The notes under the pieces were generated by a model, which did no database searches, was not told where the DNA came from, and was given only the letters and a program-made list of their open reading frames with translations. Positions 39,215-51,329 of a DNA stretch of 64,000 nucleotides are shown piece by piece. Source of the stretch: Octopus bimaculoides (lineage: Eukaryota); assembly GCF_001194135.2 (NCBI RefSeq), contig NC_068983.1:70039822-70103821 (forward strand). The letters are read 5' to 3'. Both the position numbers and the translations under genes were made by a program. The stretch's first letter is position 1. Every line of letters starts with the position of its first letter.

Positions 39215-39977
39215 AAAGGGAGAGAGAATAGAGAAAATGAGAAAGGTCACATGTTCTTTAACAGGCAAACTGTTTAAAGATCCTTATGGAATTTGAGGAA
39301 AGTCTTGTATGATTAGATTAAATATTGTTTCTATTGTATTATAAATATTTAAGAATCCATGTAAATTCAATGTCAACTAAAACAGAACTGGTTGGTATTA
39401 TGTGCAAGGAAATAACTAAATCTCTTCTTTATTTTTGTGATTGCTTTTCCACTATTTTCCACATGCTCTTTTGGATTTGGATTTAGTAAATCTTCTTGCT
39501 AAACAAATCTTAGCTAAATTTTACATCACTTTGCTCCAATTCCTAAATCCTACCAAACCATCATAGTTTTCACAAGCTGCTAGTATTAACTCTTTCATAT
39601 GATGGAACTTTTATGATATTTGGTTTGAATAGCACACTACCTTCCATCCACTAAATAACTCATGAAAATTGACAAAGGACATGGCACTTGTTCAAAGAAA
39701 GTATATGGTATATATTTCAAGAAGAATGAAAATGTTCACAGCTATGTCCTTCTTTGTTCTGAGTTCAAATGCTACTAGGGTTGATTCTTGTCTTTCATGC
39801 CTGTTTTACTCAATAAAATATTTACTAGTATCTTAGAATACAATTCAGTTAACTATATAGCTTTCTTTGCAATTTCCTTGTTATGTTCCAAAGATATAAA
39901 TCAATATTTTAAAGTCAGTATTGAAAATTTTCAGTTGTTCTTTATTACATACACAGATGTACATATGTATAATGTAA

Positions 39978-40045
<68 letters not shown>

Positions 40046-40142
40046 ATGTATGTATGTATTTATGTATGCATGTATGTATGTATGTATGCATGTATGTATG
40101 TATGAATGTATGCATGTGTGTGTGTGTATATATATATATGTA

Positions 40143-40303
40143 GATCAAAACAGTTTGGTTCAAATTCATTGGTACTCTCGAGTTTCAAGTGCAATGCTAG
40201 TCATCAGCCATTTTGAATTTGAATTCAAATTCAAAAGACTGAAGATTAGCATTACACTTGAAACTCAAGTGTACCAATGAATTTGGATCAAACTGTTTTG
40301 ATC
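40143..40303. repeat. Loop-less 161-bp palindrome centred on gaattc (40221-40226); each arm contains a hammerhead-like CUGANGA...GAAA...GUA core
   Basis: Arms of about 80 bp with about 10 differences, mostly transitions. See findings for the hammerhead parse. Confidence 0.9.
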
Positions 40304-40530
40304 CATACATGTAAAACCCAATAAATTTGTTGAGTGCCCTTCTTTCATTTATCCACTTACTCATGTATATATATATGTAGGTATGTTGGTGCAAACAGGA
40401 AAGATAGAACTCAAAAAAATATGAGTATATGTATGATTTTTTATTAATATTTAGCAGAAGCAACAAAGTGATTCAAGGTCTGATGAAATTCTTGGAGCGT
40501 GAATCACTTTAGGAGTTATTTGCGTTATAT

Positions 40531-40682
40531 AAAACAGTTTGACTTGGCCCCATGTGACTTAAAGTTTCACAGACCTCTAACAGAGGCTATCTCTCTTAGG
40601 CTTTCTCAGCCTGAAAGTGACAGGCTTTGCTAGAGGTCTCTGAAATTTTAAGTTGCATAGAACTGCTAAATCAGGCTGTTTT
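40531..40682. repeat. Degenerate foldback with arms of about 60 bp (40531-40588 / 40622-40682)
   Basis: aaaacagtttgacttggc...acttaaagtttcacagacctctaacagaggct versus the reverse complement aaaacagcctgatttagc...acttaaaatttcagagacctctagcaaagcct. Confidence 0.7.
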
Positions 40683-40689
40683 AAATAAT

Positions 40690-40727
40690 ATATGTAAATA
40701 TATATCTATATATAGGTATGTATGCAC

Positions 40728-40773
<46 letters not shown>

Positions 40774-40998
40774 AAATATGTGTGTGTGTGTGTATGTGTG
40801 TATATATGTGTGTGTATATATATGTATATATATATATATACATATGTGCATATACATAAAAATATACATATATGTATATATGTATGTGTGTATATATGTA
40901 CATAGATATATATGTATGTGTATATAAACATATATTTATATATATATACATATATATACGTGTGTTTATATATATATATATCTATATATGTATATATT

Positions 40999-41029
<31 letters not shown>

Positions 41030-41042
41030 GTATATATTATAT

Positions 41043-41105
<63 letters not shown>

Positions 41106-41113
41106 GACATATA

Positions 41114-41180
<67 letters not shown>
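40690..41180. repeat. Compound (TA)/(TG)/(CA) microsatellite block
   Basis: Directly visible. Confidence 0.95.
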
Positions 41181-41272
41181 GTAGTTGAAATTTACAGAAA
41201 AACAAAAGATGAAGACAGGTGTATAAACAACAAGCAGGTGTATTAATTTGATGCTTGAGAAGGTGAGAAAGT

Positions 41273-41308
41273 CTTTTATGTTTTGAGCCCACGCTCTTCA
41301 ACAGAAAG
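41273..41308 (-). ncRNA. Decayed minimal hammerhead-like motif of the PLE pseudo-LTR type
   Basis: Minus strand reads CTTT-CTGTTGA-A-GAGC-GTGG-GCTC-AAAACATA-AAAG. Restoring two CpGs gives GCTC-GAAACGTA. Core position A6 is U. Confidence 0.4.
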
Positions 41309-41399
41309 GAACATGAGGAAATAAACAGAGAGAGAATAAAAAGAGAGCATAAAAAAAGAGAGAGAATAGAAAAAACTTGTGGATTTAGTAGTCAATCAT

Positions 41400-41860
41400 T
41401 GCAATTTTAAAGGGTATCCAATTTTAAAGGCGTTTAATCCTTGCCCACATGAAAGGAAGTACATCCTATCATACCTGTGATTGCAACCACTGGTCCTCGG
41501 CCTTGACCTTCCACTAATGCCCTCAGGACCAGAAAAGGATTTGACCAAAGTGAACCAATGCACCCATGTGCACACACACACATACACACACATCCCTATT
41601 AGGCAAACACTCCACAAAACAGACTCTCTCCCACCATCGCCAACACATACCCCTTCACACAAATTGTACCTGCACACATATATAGACCTCCCCCCACACA
41701 CACATTACACACTGCATGCTAACATGAAACCCCCCTTACAACTTTATCCTTTACTAAACAAACACAGCTATATATACCTACACCCCTGGAAATATTATGC
41801 ATATAACAGCACTACACATATCGCACACCCCATCCCCCCATAGGAGCACCACAATAATAC
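41400..41860 (+). mobile_element. Probable PLE ORF C-terminus plus 3' UTR (pseudo-LTR-like)
   Basis: ILKAFNPCPHERKYILSYL* resembles the C.H..K(Y/F).L end of PLE ORFs. It is followed by a C/A-rich tract. Confidence 0.4.
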
Positions 41861-41884
41861 ACACTTTCCTCACTTCAAGATAAC

Positions 41885-42170
41885 TCTTACCCTTCCATTT
41901 CATTTTTTAAATAAGCTCCTCCATTTTTTCGATAAGACTTTTGAGGTATTGCTTCTGTGCCTGGATGGGTATACTATTTAGAGAAAAATCCAATGGGTAA
42001 AGTTCCTTTTCTTTCAGCTGTTTCTTCTTCCTACTTATGGAGAGTTGCTCAAACTTTCTTAAAAAGGAGCGGGTTATACCAGAGTAAGCACATAAATGCA
42101 AAACAAGGTGGGAAAAATAGTACTCGAATACCAGAGGTAGAGTAATATGCTTTATTAAAAAGATGTTTAT
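41885..42170 (-). mobile_element. PLE 5' region and ORF N-terminus, inverted relative to the adjacent RT
   Basis: LDFSLNSIPIQAQKQYLKSLIEKMEELI*KMKWK resembles the S(L/M)KNIP...YLK.LIEK.E..I.RMRWK start of PLE ORFs. Confidence 0.6.
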
Positions 42171-42244
42171 AAACGTCTACTTTCGAACATCATTACAGAC
42201 ACGTACAAAAATAAATAAATAAATAACACAAATTTATATAAAGA

Positions 42245-42860
42245 GTGAATTTGGAGGTAAGAAGAATTGCTAACAACCTTAAAGTTAGTGATAGGATAGA
42301 CTACCTCCCCACATGCCAACCCTTTATTACCCTAAAAGACCACATAGCTAATTTCAATAGAAACCCTAAATGTAGACTAATTAGCCCGGCTAAAACTGAA
42401 ATAAGCATTATTAGCAAATATATCTTAGATTGTAGTTTAAGCAATTAAATAGTGAATTAAATTTATAGATTTGGAAAAATAGCAAGTCGGTGATAGATTG
42501 GTTCAAAGGGATTAGCCATAAACATAACTGCAAATTTACACAGTTTGACATTGTCGATTTTTACCTGTCAGTATCTAGGCCTTTGCTTCTAAAAGCATTA
42601 GACTTTGCCAAGTAGTATGTCACCATTGATAGCTCGGAAATAGATAATAGCCTGCATGCAAGGAAATCCCTTCTTTTTTACGAGGATTCCACCTGTGTCA
42701 AAAAGAGTGAGGATTCTCTTTTCGATGTACTGATGGGGGCATATGATGGGGGAAAGTTATGTATGCTTATATGAACTTATATTTTGCATAATCTGCATCT
42801 AGAATACCCTTTTATAGATGCAGGATTATACTGAGATGACGGTCTTATAGTCACATATGC
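42245..42860 (+). mobile_element. PLE reverse transcriptase fragment (decayed)
   Basis: FITLKDHIANFNRNPKCRLISPAKTEISIISKYILD...WKNSKSVIDWFK...FTQFDIVDFY...HARKSLLF...LFDVLMGAYDG...GLY*DDGLI. Confidence 0.9.
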
Positions 42861-43132
42861 ATATGAGTTTAAGTGTGAGGCTGTATAATAGTGTATATAC
42901 ACATGTATACATATGTATGTGCATAAGGACTTATATCAATATACACTTCTTTCAGCTCCCACTGTGACATTAGCTAGTGCAATAAATAACTACATCTATT
43001 TTTAGTTATTTGACCATTAATTCTTCTTATTCTTCTTATTCTTCCCTTCCTTTTTGGGGTTTACTACTCACTTTAGTAACCTCACCATACCATTTTCTGT
43101 ACCCATCCCTCCACAGACACACAAATACATGC

Positions 43133-43296
43133 ATTTATGGGCTTCTTTCAGTTTCCATCTACCAAATTCTCTCCACAAGGCTTTGGTTGGCTTGAGGCTA
43201 TAGTAAGATACGCTTGCCCCAAGTGCCATGCAGTGGGACTGAACCCAGAACCATGTGTTTGGAAAGCAAGCTTCTTACCACATAGCCACTCCTGCA
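43133..43296 (-). mobile_element. Family A SINE, 5' half
   Basis: Reverse complement of the head and CORE-like region. Confidence 0.85.
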
Positions 43297-43899
43297 CTTA
43301 TGTACACGCATGCACACACACACACACACATGTATGTATATGTATATGATACTGTTGTGTCGAATGAAAGTATGAGCACTCATAATAGTGTGGAAGATAA
43401 TATATCGACACAACACACATTGTGAAATACACAAGTTCTCCCCAGATTTTCATGTTAAACACCACCATGTGAGATTCAAATTTAGAAAATTGGCTAATAC
43501 AATCTTCAGGCACTTATGCATTGTTTAATTAAAAAGTCTGTGGTGGAAAGGTTTGTGTCTCTTATAACATACATGCTATAATTGGAACTTGAGTACTCTT
43601 CTTCACCACTTGTTGAATAAATAACAACATGAAGGTTATACACATGAAGGTTATGAAGGTTAGAAACATTGACCTTACAAGTTTGAAATTGAAATTGCTG
43701 TAAGCCTGCATTAGACAGAAGATGCTGAGTAATACATGTATAGTCCACAATAATATATATTGTTACTATTTTCATCATCAACATTGTTAATATGCCTGTT
43801 TTCTCCCTACTGAGATCAGTTGGTTGAGACTAACTGGGGCAATATTCTATGATCAGACAGACACCCTTCCTGTTTAGTCAGACATTTCAAGGGTAGCAT

Positions 43900-44340
43900 A
43901 GAGGAAAATGTTTGTTTTCAAATTTGGGTTCAGGCAACAAATCTCGTTGCTATTGTAAGTTATAGCATGGAGAAGGAAGATTGGAATATGAGTTTATTAA
44001 TAAGCATTTGTCTCAGAGTTGTTAACAGATCAGAGATGAACCTAAGCAATGGGAGCTGTCATTGGTAGAATGAAAGGGTGTATAGGGGAAAAGTGAAAGC
44101 GAAAGGGACTCTCTGTGGAAAATAAGCTGGTTAAGAATGATATTGAGAATGTGCTAAACAAAGCAAGTGGATCTAAGGATGGAGAATAGGAGTTGAAATA
44201 TGTTTGAATTCACCCTGATATAGTTATAACAGCTGAGTGAATAGTGCAATAGTCAGAAGAGTGGAGGATTGGATATTAGGAAGATGAGTTGTTTGGTAAG
44301 AGATATATCAGGGACATAGCCATAAATGATATGCTTTTAG
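43900..44340 (-). mobile_element. Very old LINE RT relic (CR1/L2/Jockey group, tentative)
   Basis: Minus-strand ILHSSDYCTIHSA resembles IHS(F/Y)ADDSTLHS. Heavily decayed. Confidence 0.3.
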
Positions 44341-45547
44341 GGCCTCATTTGTCTTGAGACGGATGGAATTTTTTTAATCACAGCAAATTGCCAATCATCT
44401 CAGTCTTTTTTATGTCCTCCACGATATTCATATCTGTGTGTGTGTTTGTGTGTGTGTGCATATATGATTACATGCATACATACACACATACATACATACA
44501 CACATTCATACATGTACCTGTACAGTGGACTTCCACACAGTTTCTGTCTTCTAAATTCACTCAAAAGGCATTTATCATCCTGAGACTACAATAGAAGACA
44601 TGTTTCTCTAGGTGCTGCACTGTAGGACTGAAACCAAAACCAGGTGGTTGCAAAGTGAGCTTTTTACCTACACAGCCATTGCTTAATTTCTAACGACTGA
44701 TTAGGACTGATTCTAACGACTGATTTAGGTAAAGATATTGCAACACAGTTTTACTTTTGTAAAATGAGTTGAAAATATCTGTTATTAAAATAACTTTTTC
44801 ATTCCAACACATGGACCACTTAAATTAATGAAAGGAAATATTCTTTCAATTAAAATAAATAAATGAATAAATAAACAGGAAGTGTAAAAGAGCAAATTCC
44901 TTGCTTAATTTGTATTTGCTTAAATGATATTTCTTATTTTGATTATCAAATAGCTGACACAAATTATCCAACATCTTCTATATAAAAGCTTAATTATTTT
45001 CATTTGTAATTTTGTCAAGCAATTAAAAATTATGTGTCAATTAAAGTTAGTGAGATTTTGTGTTTAATTAAGTCTTCGATTAATGGGGATTTTCTGATTC
45101 TATGCCTTTTTCCTCTTCTTAATTCTTTGGATTACTTCCTATAGATTGAACTTCTCACAGGACTTTCACTATTCACGAATCTTGCAGATGTTCACAAGTC
45201 AATTTTCATTATCAAGCATTAGACTGACATGCATTAAACATGGCAATTTGATGGAATTGAACAATAATTCGACAACTACTACATCTTTAAAGATTTGTTA
45301 TAAATTTAGAAAGCTATTAGAATAGACAGTTTGCTAAATATATAATTTTTAAATGACATTTGTATGTATGGATTGCAACAAAGTATCTTTTATAGGTTAC
45401 ATTAATTGCATAGAAGCAATGATTTCCTGGCATTAGCTAAGAGAATATTGTCTCCATGTGCCAACTGATTTACATCATGAATTGAAAACTGAAATTTTGC
45501 ACTGCTAGCCACCATCATTGCAATAGCGAATGATACTTTTCCTTTGT

Positions 45548-45582
<35 letters not shown>

Positions 45583-45704
45583 AGAGTAAGTTTCAAAACT
45601 GCTACAAAAAAAAAAATTAAATAATCTGATAACTTGATTTTATTGAGGAACAACAATTTTTGATACATTTTTATTTTTAAAAAATGGATAAATAAAAGAT
45701 TTCA

Positions 45705-45910
45705 TATTGGTTTCAAATTTTAGCACAAGGCCAGAAATTTAGGGATGGGGTAAGTTGTACATTGACCCCAGTGACCAACTGGCTCTTATTTTATCAACCC
45801 TGAAAGGCAAAGCTGACCTTGGCAGAATTTGAACACAGAACATGAAGGCAGATGAAATGCTGCAAAGCATTTTGCCCACTTTGCTAATGATTCTGCCAGC
45901 TCACTGCCTT
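45705..45910 (-). mobile_element. Family B SINE
   Basis: Reverse complement of ggcagtgagctggcagaatcattagc...ttctgtgttcaaattctgccaaggtcagctttgcctttc. Confidence 0.8.
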
Positions 45911-46529
45911 ATATACAAAATTTCATATTAACATATACTGAATGTCTTTTCAAAATCACAAATTTGACCGAATTATTAAACCACAACTTTATTTCCTTTC
46001 TGGATGTCCAGTTTTCAATGATTACTTAAATAATGTAATTGTCTAATATAATATAATTATTCAGTATAATTATTGGCATTATCTTCATCATCCTTATCAT
46101 AGCTATTTATCAAGATTATTGTCTGAAAGGATCTTCTGTATCAATTATTAATCACTGATATCTATCAATGCTAGCATAGGTTGGATATGTTTGTTACACA
46201 TTTTTTAAAACATTTTTCTTTTTCGCTTTCCCTACATCATTCCATATGTCATTCTTGATACTTAATCAAAAACAGCTGTTAAAATAGCAGCCAAATTTCT
46301 TTCAAATCAGACCTAACTGTCTTAAAACACATTGTATACTGGAACACATTAGTGAATGTGTTCTTCTTTTCCAAAGATTATATGATGCTATTTATTGCAA
46401 ATGATATGACCATATAGAGACCCCATCAGTGAATCATGAAATGGTGTTGGGTATTTTATGTTATGGCTTAGTTAGAAGAGAATGGAAAACACCCATGATT
46501 TATTTTGTTTTTATGGAGCAAAAGGAAGA

Positions 46530-46830
46530 GAGGAACAGGACTTGTAAGATGCTGCTACAGTACACAGCAGAGGCAGTTTCCCTTAGAATGGAGCCCTGGT
46601 CTAAATACTTTTAGAATACCTTCCTCTGCTTCTAATTTATGTCAGCTAGGTAACAAAAGCTATTGACTACTCAAAAAGAGCTTTCCAAGCATTTAAGAGA
46701 ATCTATTTTCCATAAGCTTTTAATACATATCATCCTTGTGCAGTTACTGCATATCAAGTCTGTTAGCCTCCTGTGCTCCCACAGCCTCTCGTTCCCACAG
46801 CCCCTCTTGTGCATCAATAATTTACACTGG
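46530..46830 (-). mobile_element. RTE LINE RT fragment
   Basis: DSLKCLESSF*VVNSFCYLADIN (FCYLGD motif). Confidence 0.6.
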
Positions 46831-47109
46831 GTTCACTACATATAATTCCTACTTACTCCTTTTTTTTGCATACTGAGCATGATCATTTCTTTGATGGTAC
46901 CAGAATCCTGTTTGCTCTCCTACTTGTTAAAGCTTTAGTCTTTCTTAAGTTTACCTTAAGGCCTCTTGATAGTAGGTTTTGCTTCTAGTCTAAACATATC
47001 AAATCATACATTATGTCTAATTAAAGGACATAGTAGTCACATCTGGAATGCTTTTCCAACACACAATCAGTACTGAATAAGGGCTAGAGAAATTTGACTA
47101 ACTTGGTTG

Positions 47110-47484
47110 TTGGAGTAAAGATTATTTGTCAACATAACATGGCATTCCTGGTTAAGGACGAATGTTGCTGTAATTTAGCCCCAGGCGACATCGTCTCCAG
47201 CTGGCTATACGACACTATCTGTGTCTTTATATTTTCGAACAGGGAAATGTAGCACCCCAAATCAGCTCAAAACAATATCTGTGTATCACAATTTTCCTTC
47301 ATCAGCAGAGAATAATTGTTCAGCTAGAGGTGGCACTACCAAATTCCTGTTCGAAATATATAGTTTTCAAAGTGACAACTAGTCACTGATCTATAAATTA
47401 GAAAATTTATAGGGGCTAAATTACAGCAACATTTGTCCTAAACCAGGATTGCCATGTTATGTTGGTAAATAATCTTTATTCCAA
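47110..47484. mobile_element. 375-bp foldback/MITE with 73-bp arms (47110-47182 / 47412-47484, 6 mismatches) and a second internal inverted pair (about 47228-47245 / 47344-47360)
   Basis: Manual alignment. An inner TTAA|GGACGAAT...ATTTGTCC|TAAA boundary lies within the arms. Confidence 0.85.
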
Positions 47485-48299
47485 AGTACTGTTACTGAAT
47501 ATGTCTCATTGTGAAATTTAGAAATAATAATTTTTTTAACTTGGTCGTTGTTCATTAGACACACATATTGATATAACTTGCTGAAAGATTAGAATCAAAG
47601 CTGGAGCATAAACTATATCCCAAACTGTAATATATTTCAGACAAATGCCAAATAATATTTTTAACTTCCATTCTTCCTCCAAGGATTATATATCAAAAAA
47701 TTTATTATTTGTGAATTAGTTATGCAATAATGCATTTAAAATGTTATATATATTGTTGCTGAAGTTTAGCTCTATGCCATCCCTATATGGGTAGATTTAT
47801 GAGTTTCAAATTCGTGATTTTGAAAAGACATTCAGTACATGTTAATATGAAATTTTGTATATAAGGCAGTGAGCTGGCAGAACCATTAGCAAAGTGGGCA
47901 AAATGCTTTGCAGCATTTCATCTGCCCTCATGTTCTGTGTTCAAATCCTGCCAAGTGTACACGAAATGACCTTTCTGTCTTTTTCCGAGGAGCAGTTCAT
48001 CCAGGAACCTTCTTTGGCTGGTATAATTATGGTGGAGGTAAAATAAACTACAGCAACTTCATTGATCTTTTAATTTGATCGATTGAGATGACATCGCATA
48101 ATGTCCTTTTTGTTTCCAAGTATTATAAAAAAGATAACCCAATAAAACTCTGTTTCCCAACCCATTTGTCACTTATTCTTTTTACTTTTACTCTTTTTTT
48201 TATGGTTTCAGTCATTGGACTGCGGCCATGCTGGAGCACCACCTCAAATTATTGTCTATTGTTTTTTTGCCTTATGGCGGGAGGTTAGTCTGTGATTGA

Positions 48300-48645
48300 G
48301 TTTGTAACAGCTGATCTACCTTCAGTGTGTCCTTTTAAATGTTTCAGTAGAGATTCCTTTTGTACTTCTGATTTCTTTAGATAAGCAGTTGAACAGTTGA
48401 GGACCTCTAAATATCAAGACTGGTACAATAATGTGCTTTTGTTCATGATTTCAAAGGTGGTGTATTTGTAAGCTGACAGCATCTGTCAGTTCGTGCATTA
48501 AAAATTTCTCTAATACTGAAGTTTGGAACATGCCCCTCCAGGATTTTCCATATGTATATCTCTCTCTTTGGTATTCAAGAGAGCAGAGACAAAGGGCTTT
48601 TAGGCATTGTATTTGAAAGAAAGAAAACTTGCAGGGGAACAAATA
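48300..48645 (-). mobile_element. CR1-group LINE 3' fragment
   Basis: LCSLEYQRERYTYGKSW (cf. LYSLERRRERY) and IFRGPQLFNCLSKEIR. Confidence 0.6.
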
Positions 48646-49755
48646 GATAATGAGTCAACAATGGAGCCTCTGTGAAGTTGCATTAATTGCTAGATATAGC
48701 AACTAAATCTCTTCAAATCAAACCCTATCATCTTAGACAAGGAAGTACATATTGGATAAAGTAGTCCTAAGGTAAGATGATCACGATTGGAATTTTTTTG
48801 TGAGCATAGGTATGCTTAATCAAAGCTGACCTGGGATTGAACAATAAAAGCAATCAATCACAGCCAATATTGCTTAGTTTGTAGCACAGGTGAGATCCAG
48901 TCTTTGGTAACATTGTGTTAATAAAAAAATGCCAATATAGGAAAAAATAAAAAAATAAATGATTAATGTTGTCAGGCAGATATACTGTAACATCTATAGA
49001 TAGTCACTGAAGACATTGTCTTTTTTGTGACAATAAAATCTTTGCAGCAGTTAGTATTTAAATCTGATTCCTATAAACACTAATTAATATCAAAACCCTC
49101 TCTAATCTACACATACATACTCACAAAAACACTTACAAGCACACACATGTATGCATGCATGTGTGGTGCACATATGTAGTTTATGTTATAGTATCTATGT
49201 TCAATATCAGTAGCTTCAAAAAAATGTTTAACCTGTAAAATGCAGCAGGGAAAATCCCTCAACATCTTATGGATTGTAAATCGTCAATCGTTCTCCATTT
49301 TCCTATATCTCTGTAACCATCTCTGCACTGGTTTCCATCTTATTGCTAAAAAACAAGAAAGAGTGAGAGAGGGGTGCAGAGAGAGAGAGAGAGCGAGAGC
49401 GAGCGAAAGAAACTATTATTTAATATATTCTTTGGTTATTTCTACTTATTAATAACTATAGTTACTCAATACTCAATTACTCTGCAACAGTAACAAAAGA
49501 GTTCCAAATTGAGTTTGGCATGAAGGAAATATTTCTTCTTATAACTACCAGACTTTCAAAATGGTAAATTGGCATCATTATGTCAAATCTAGTAACTCTT
49601 GTTGCAATAGCAGCAAAATTTGAACTCACAAAGTTTAATTAAGTAACTATACATCAACTCAATTGATAGAATTGCAATCTGTTGTCAGATTTTCAAAGAT
49701 TTCTCTTGTGACTGATTGCTATCAAGTTGTAATGCTCAGTGAAATTGATACTCAC

Positions 49756-49889
49756 TGCCAGAATTGCTTCCTCCACCACCATTCTGACCAATCCAGTTCT
49801 TTTATTAATATACAAAGAAAAAGGAAAGGCTAAGTCAGCTCCTATAGGACAAATATATGTCTCTTCATAGTGGCTTAGATTGATTGATT
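49756..49889 (-). CDS. Candidate internal exon (xSINLSHYEETYICPIGADLAFPFSLYINKRTGLVRMVVEEAILA)
   Basis: Acceptor tttcactcattaattttacag and donor GCA|gtgagt, inside a 93-codon ORF in non-repeat sequence. No family recognised. Confidence 0.3.
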
Positions 49890-51329
49890 CTGTAAAATTA
49901 ATGAGTGAAACATTGATGACTTCAGAATTGTTGATCTCTATTCCAGTTATGGATTGGCAGAACAGCAAGAGCATGCAATATTTACTTATGGTCCTTTATG
50001 TTCTGATTTCAAATCCCATTGAAGTAAAATTTGCTTATCATTATAGGTTCAGTAGACTTTTTGTTTTAGTTTTTAGCCAGAAGAGAAGGCAGTGCCCATG
50101 ACCCTTCAGAGAACCTCCATAACTGGTAGTAGGAGGAAGGAAGATGCCCTCAAGCTGGAGATTTGACCAAAATGCTTGCAATAGAGTGGGCTCTGTTAAT
50201 GTTTGTCAAGATGCCAAGTGGAGATGTTGAACTGGACATTGGATTAAGTTTATCACTCAAAAAAGCTATAGTAGAATTTGAACTTACAATGCCAAAAAAA
50301 AAACAAAAAAAAAAACTAGAATAAATAACACAATATATCTAATTCAACATTCTTACAGTTCCACCGATCTACTGCCTTGGACAGTAATTATTTTATTAAC
50401 CCTAAAGAGATTGAATCTGAATTAACATTGATGGGATCTGAATTCAGAGAGAGTAAGAACAATATTATAAGGCATTGTAACCAATGCTCTGACAACTATG
50501 TCAATCTATAGAACAGTTAAGTACTGAAGTTGATCTAAATTTGTACACTACAGCCTAAATGTGAATAGAATCATAATAAAAGGCAAGTTAATCATTTTTA
50601 ACATCTAAAGAGTGTATGAGGTTGTTTTCACTTGGTTGCAGTTGTAAGAACTCATTATTACTTCTAACTGAATAGATACAAATGTATCATACCATCTGTG
50701 CCATATACTATAAGAAAGGTAGCTGAGAATGATATCTACTTCATGAATTTCATTCTGAACTTCTTTTAAGGAGGTCCACTTTCATAGCATGCGAAAATGT
50801 GTAAATGAATGATGTGTGTGTGAGAGAGAGTGTTTATTTGTTGTCTTTTGTAGTAATATATTATGTTTCAAATAGTTAATATTAATGAAATAGCAGTGTA
50901 CTTCAACAGTGTATTGTTTCACCTGTCAGTGAAACAGAATGATTGGGCGGAGATTTGGGCTCTACTGTAGCCTATCGCATGTTGACACAGACTAGCAGAT
51001 GATTAAATTGGCCCACTCTTTGCTTCTGTTTTATTGACTCTTGAAGGATGAAGGTTAAAGTTCACCTCAGCAGGATTTGAATGAGCTAGAACTGTACCTC
51101 AAGGCATATTGTCTGATGCTCTAATTATTCTGTCAAGCTCTACCATCATTAATTTCATTCCGGTACAGATGGTTATAGTTCTTCATCATTCTTTATAATC
51201 AATAAAATGCAAACCAATTCGAGAAGAACAGAAGTGATGCTATGTTGAATAATGATGGAGAAAGAATTGGTGTCTACATAGTCTACTAACTTGTAAAACG
51301 TCATAAAAATTAATACCACCTTACATTGC

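Noticed and set aside
47280-47310. Minus-strand CTGATGA-AG-GAAA inside the foldback
   Set aside because: No stem II or stem III can be formed.
1547-49889. A phase-compatible chain of six minus-strand exon candidates
   Set aside because: It required choosing weak acceptors after the fact, and the joined peptide resembles no known protein.
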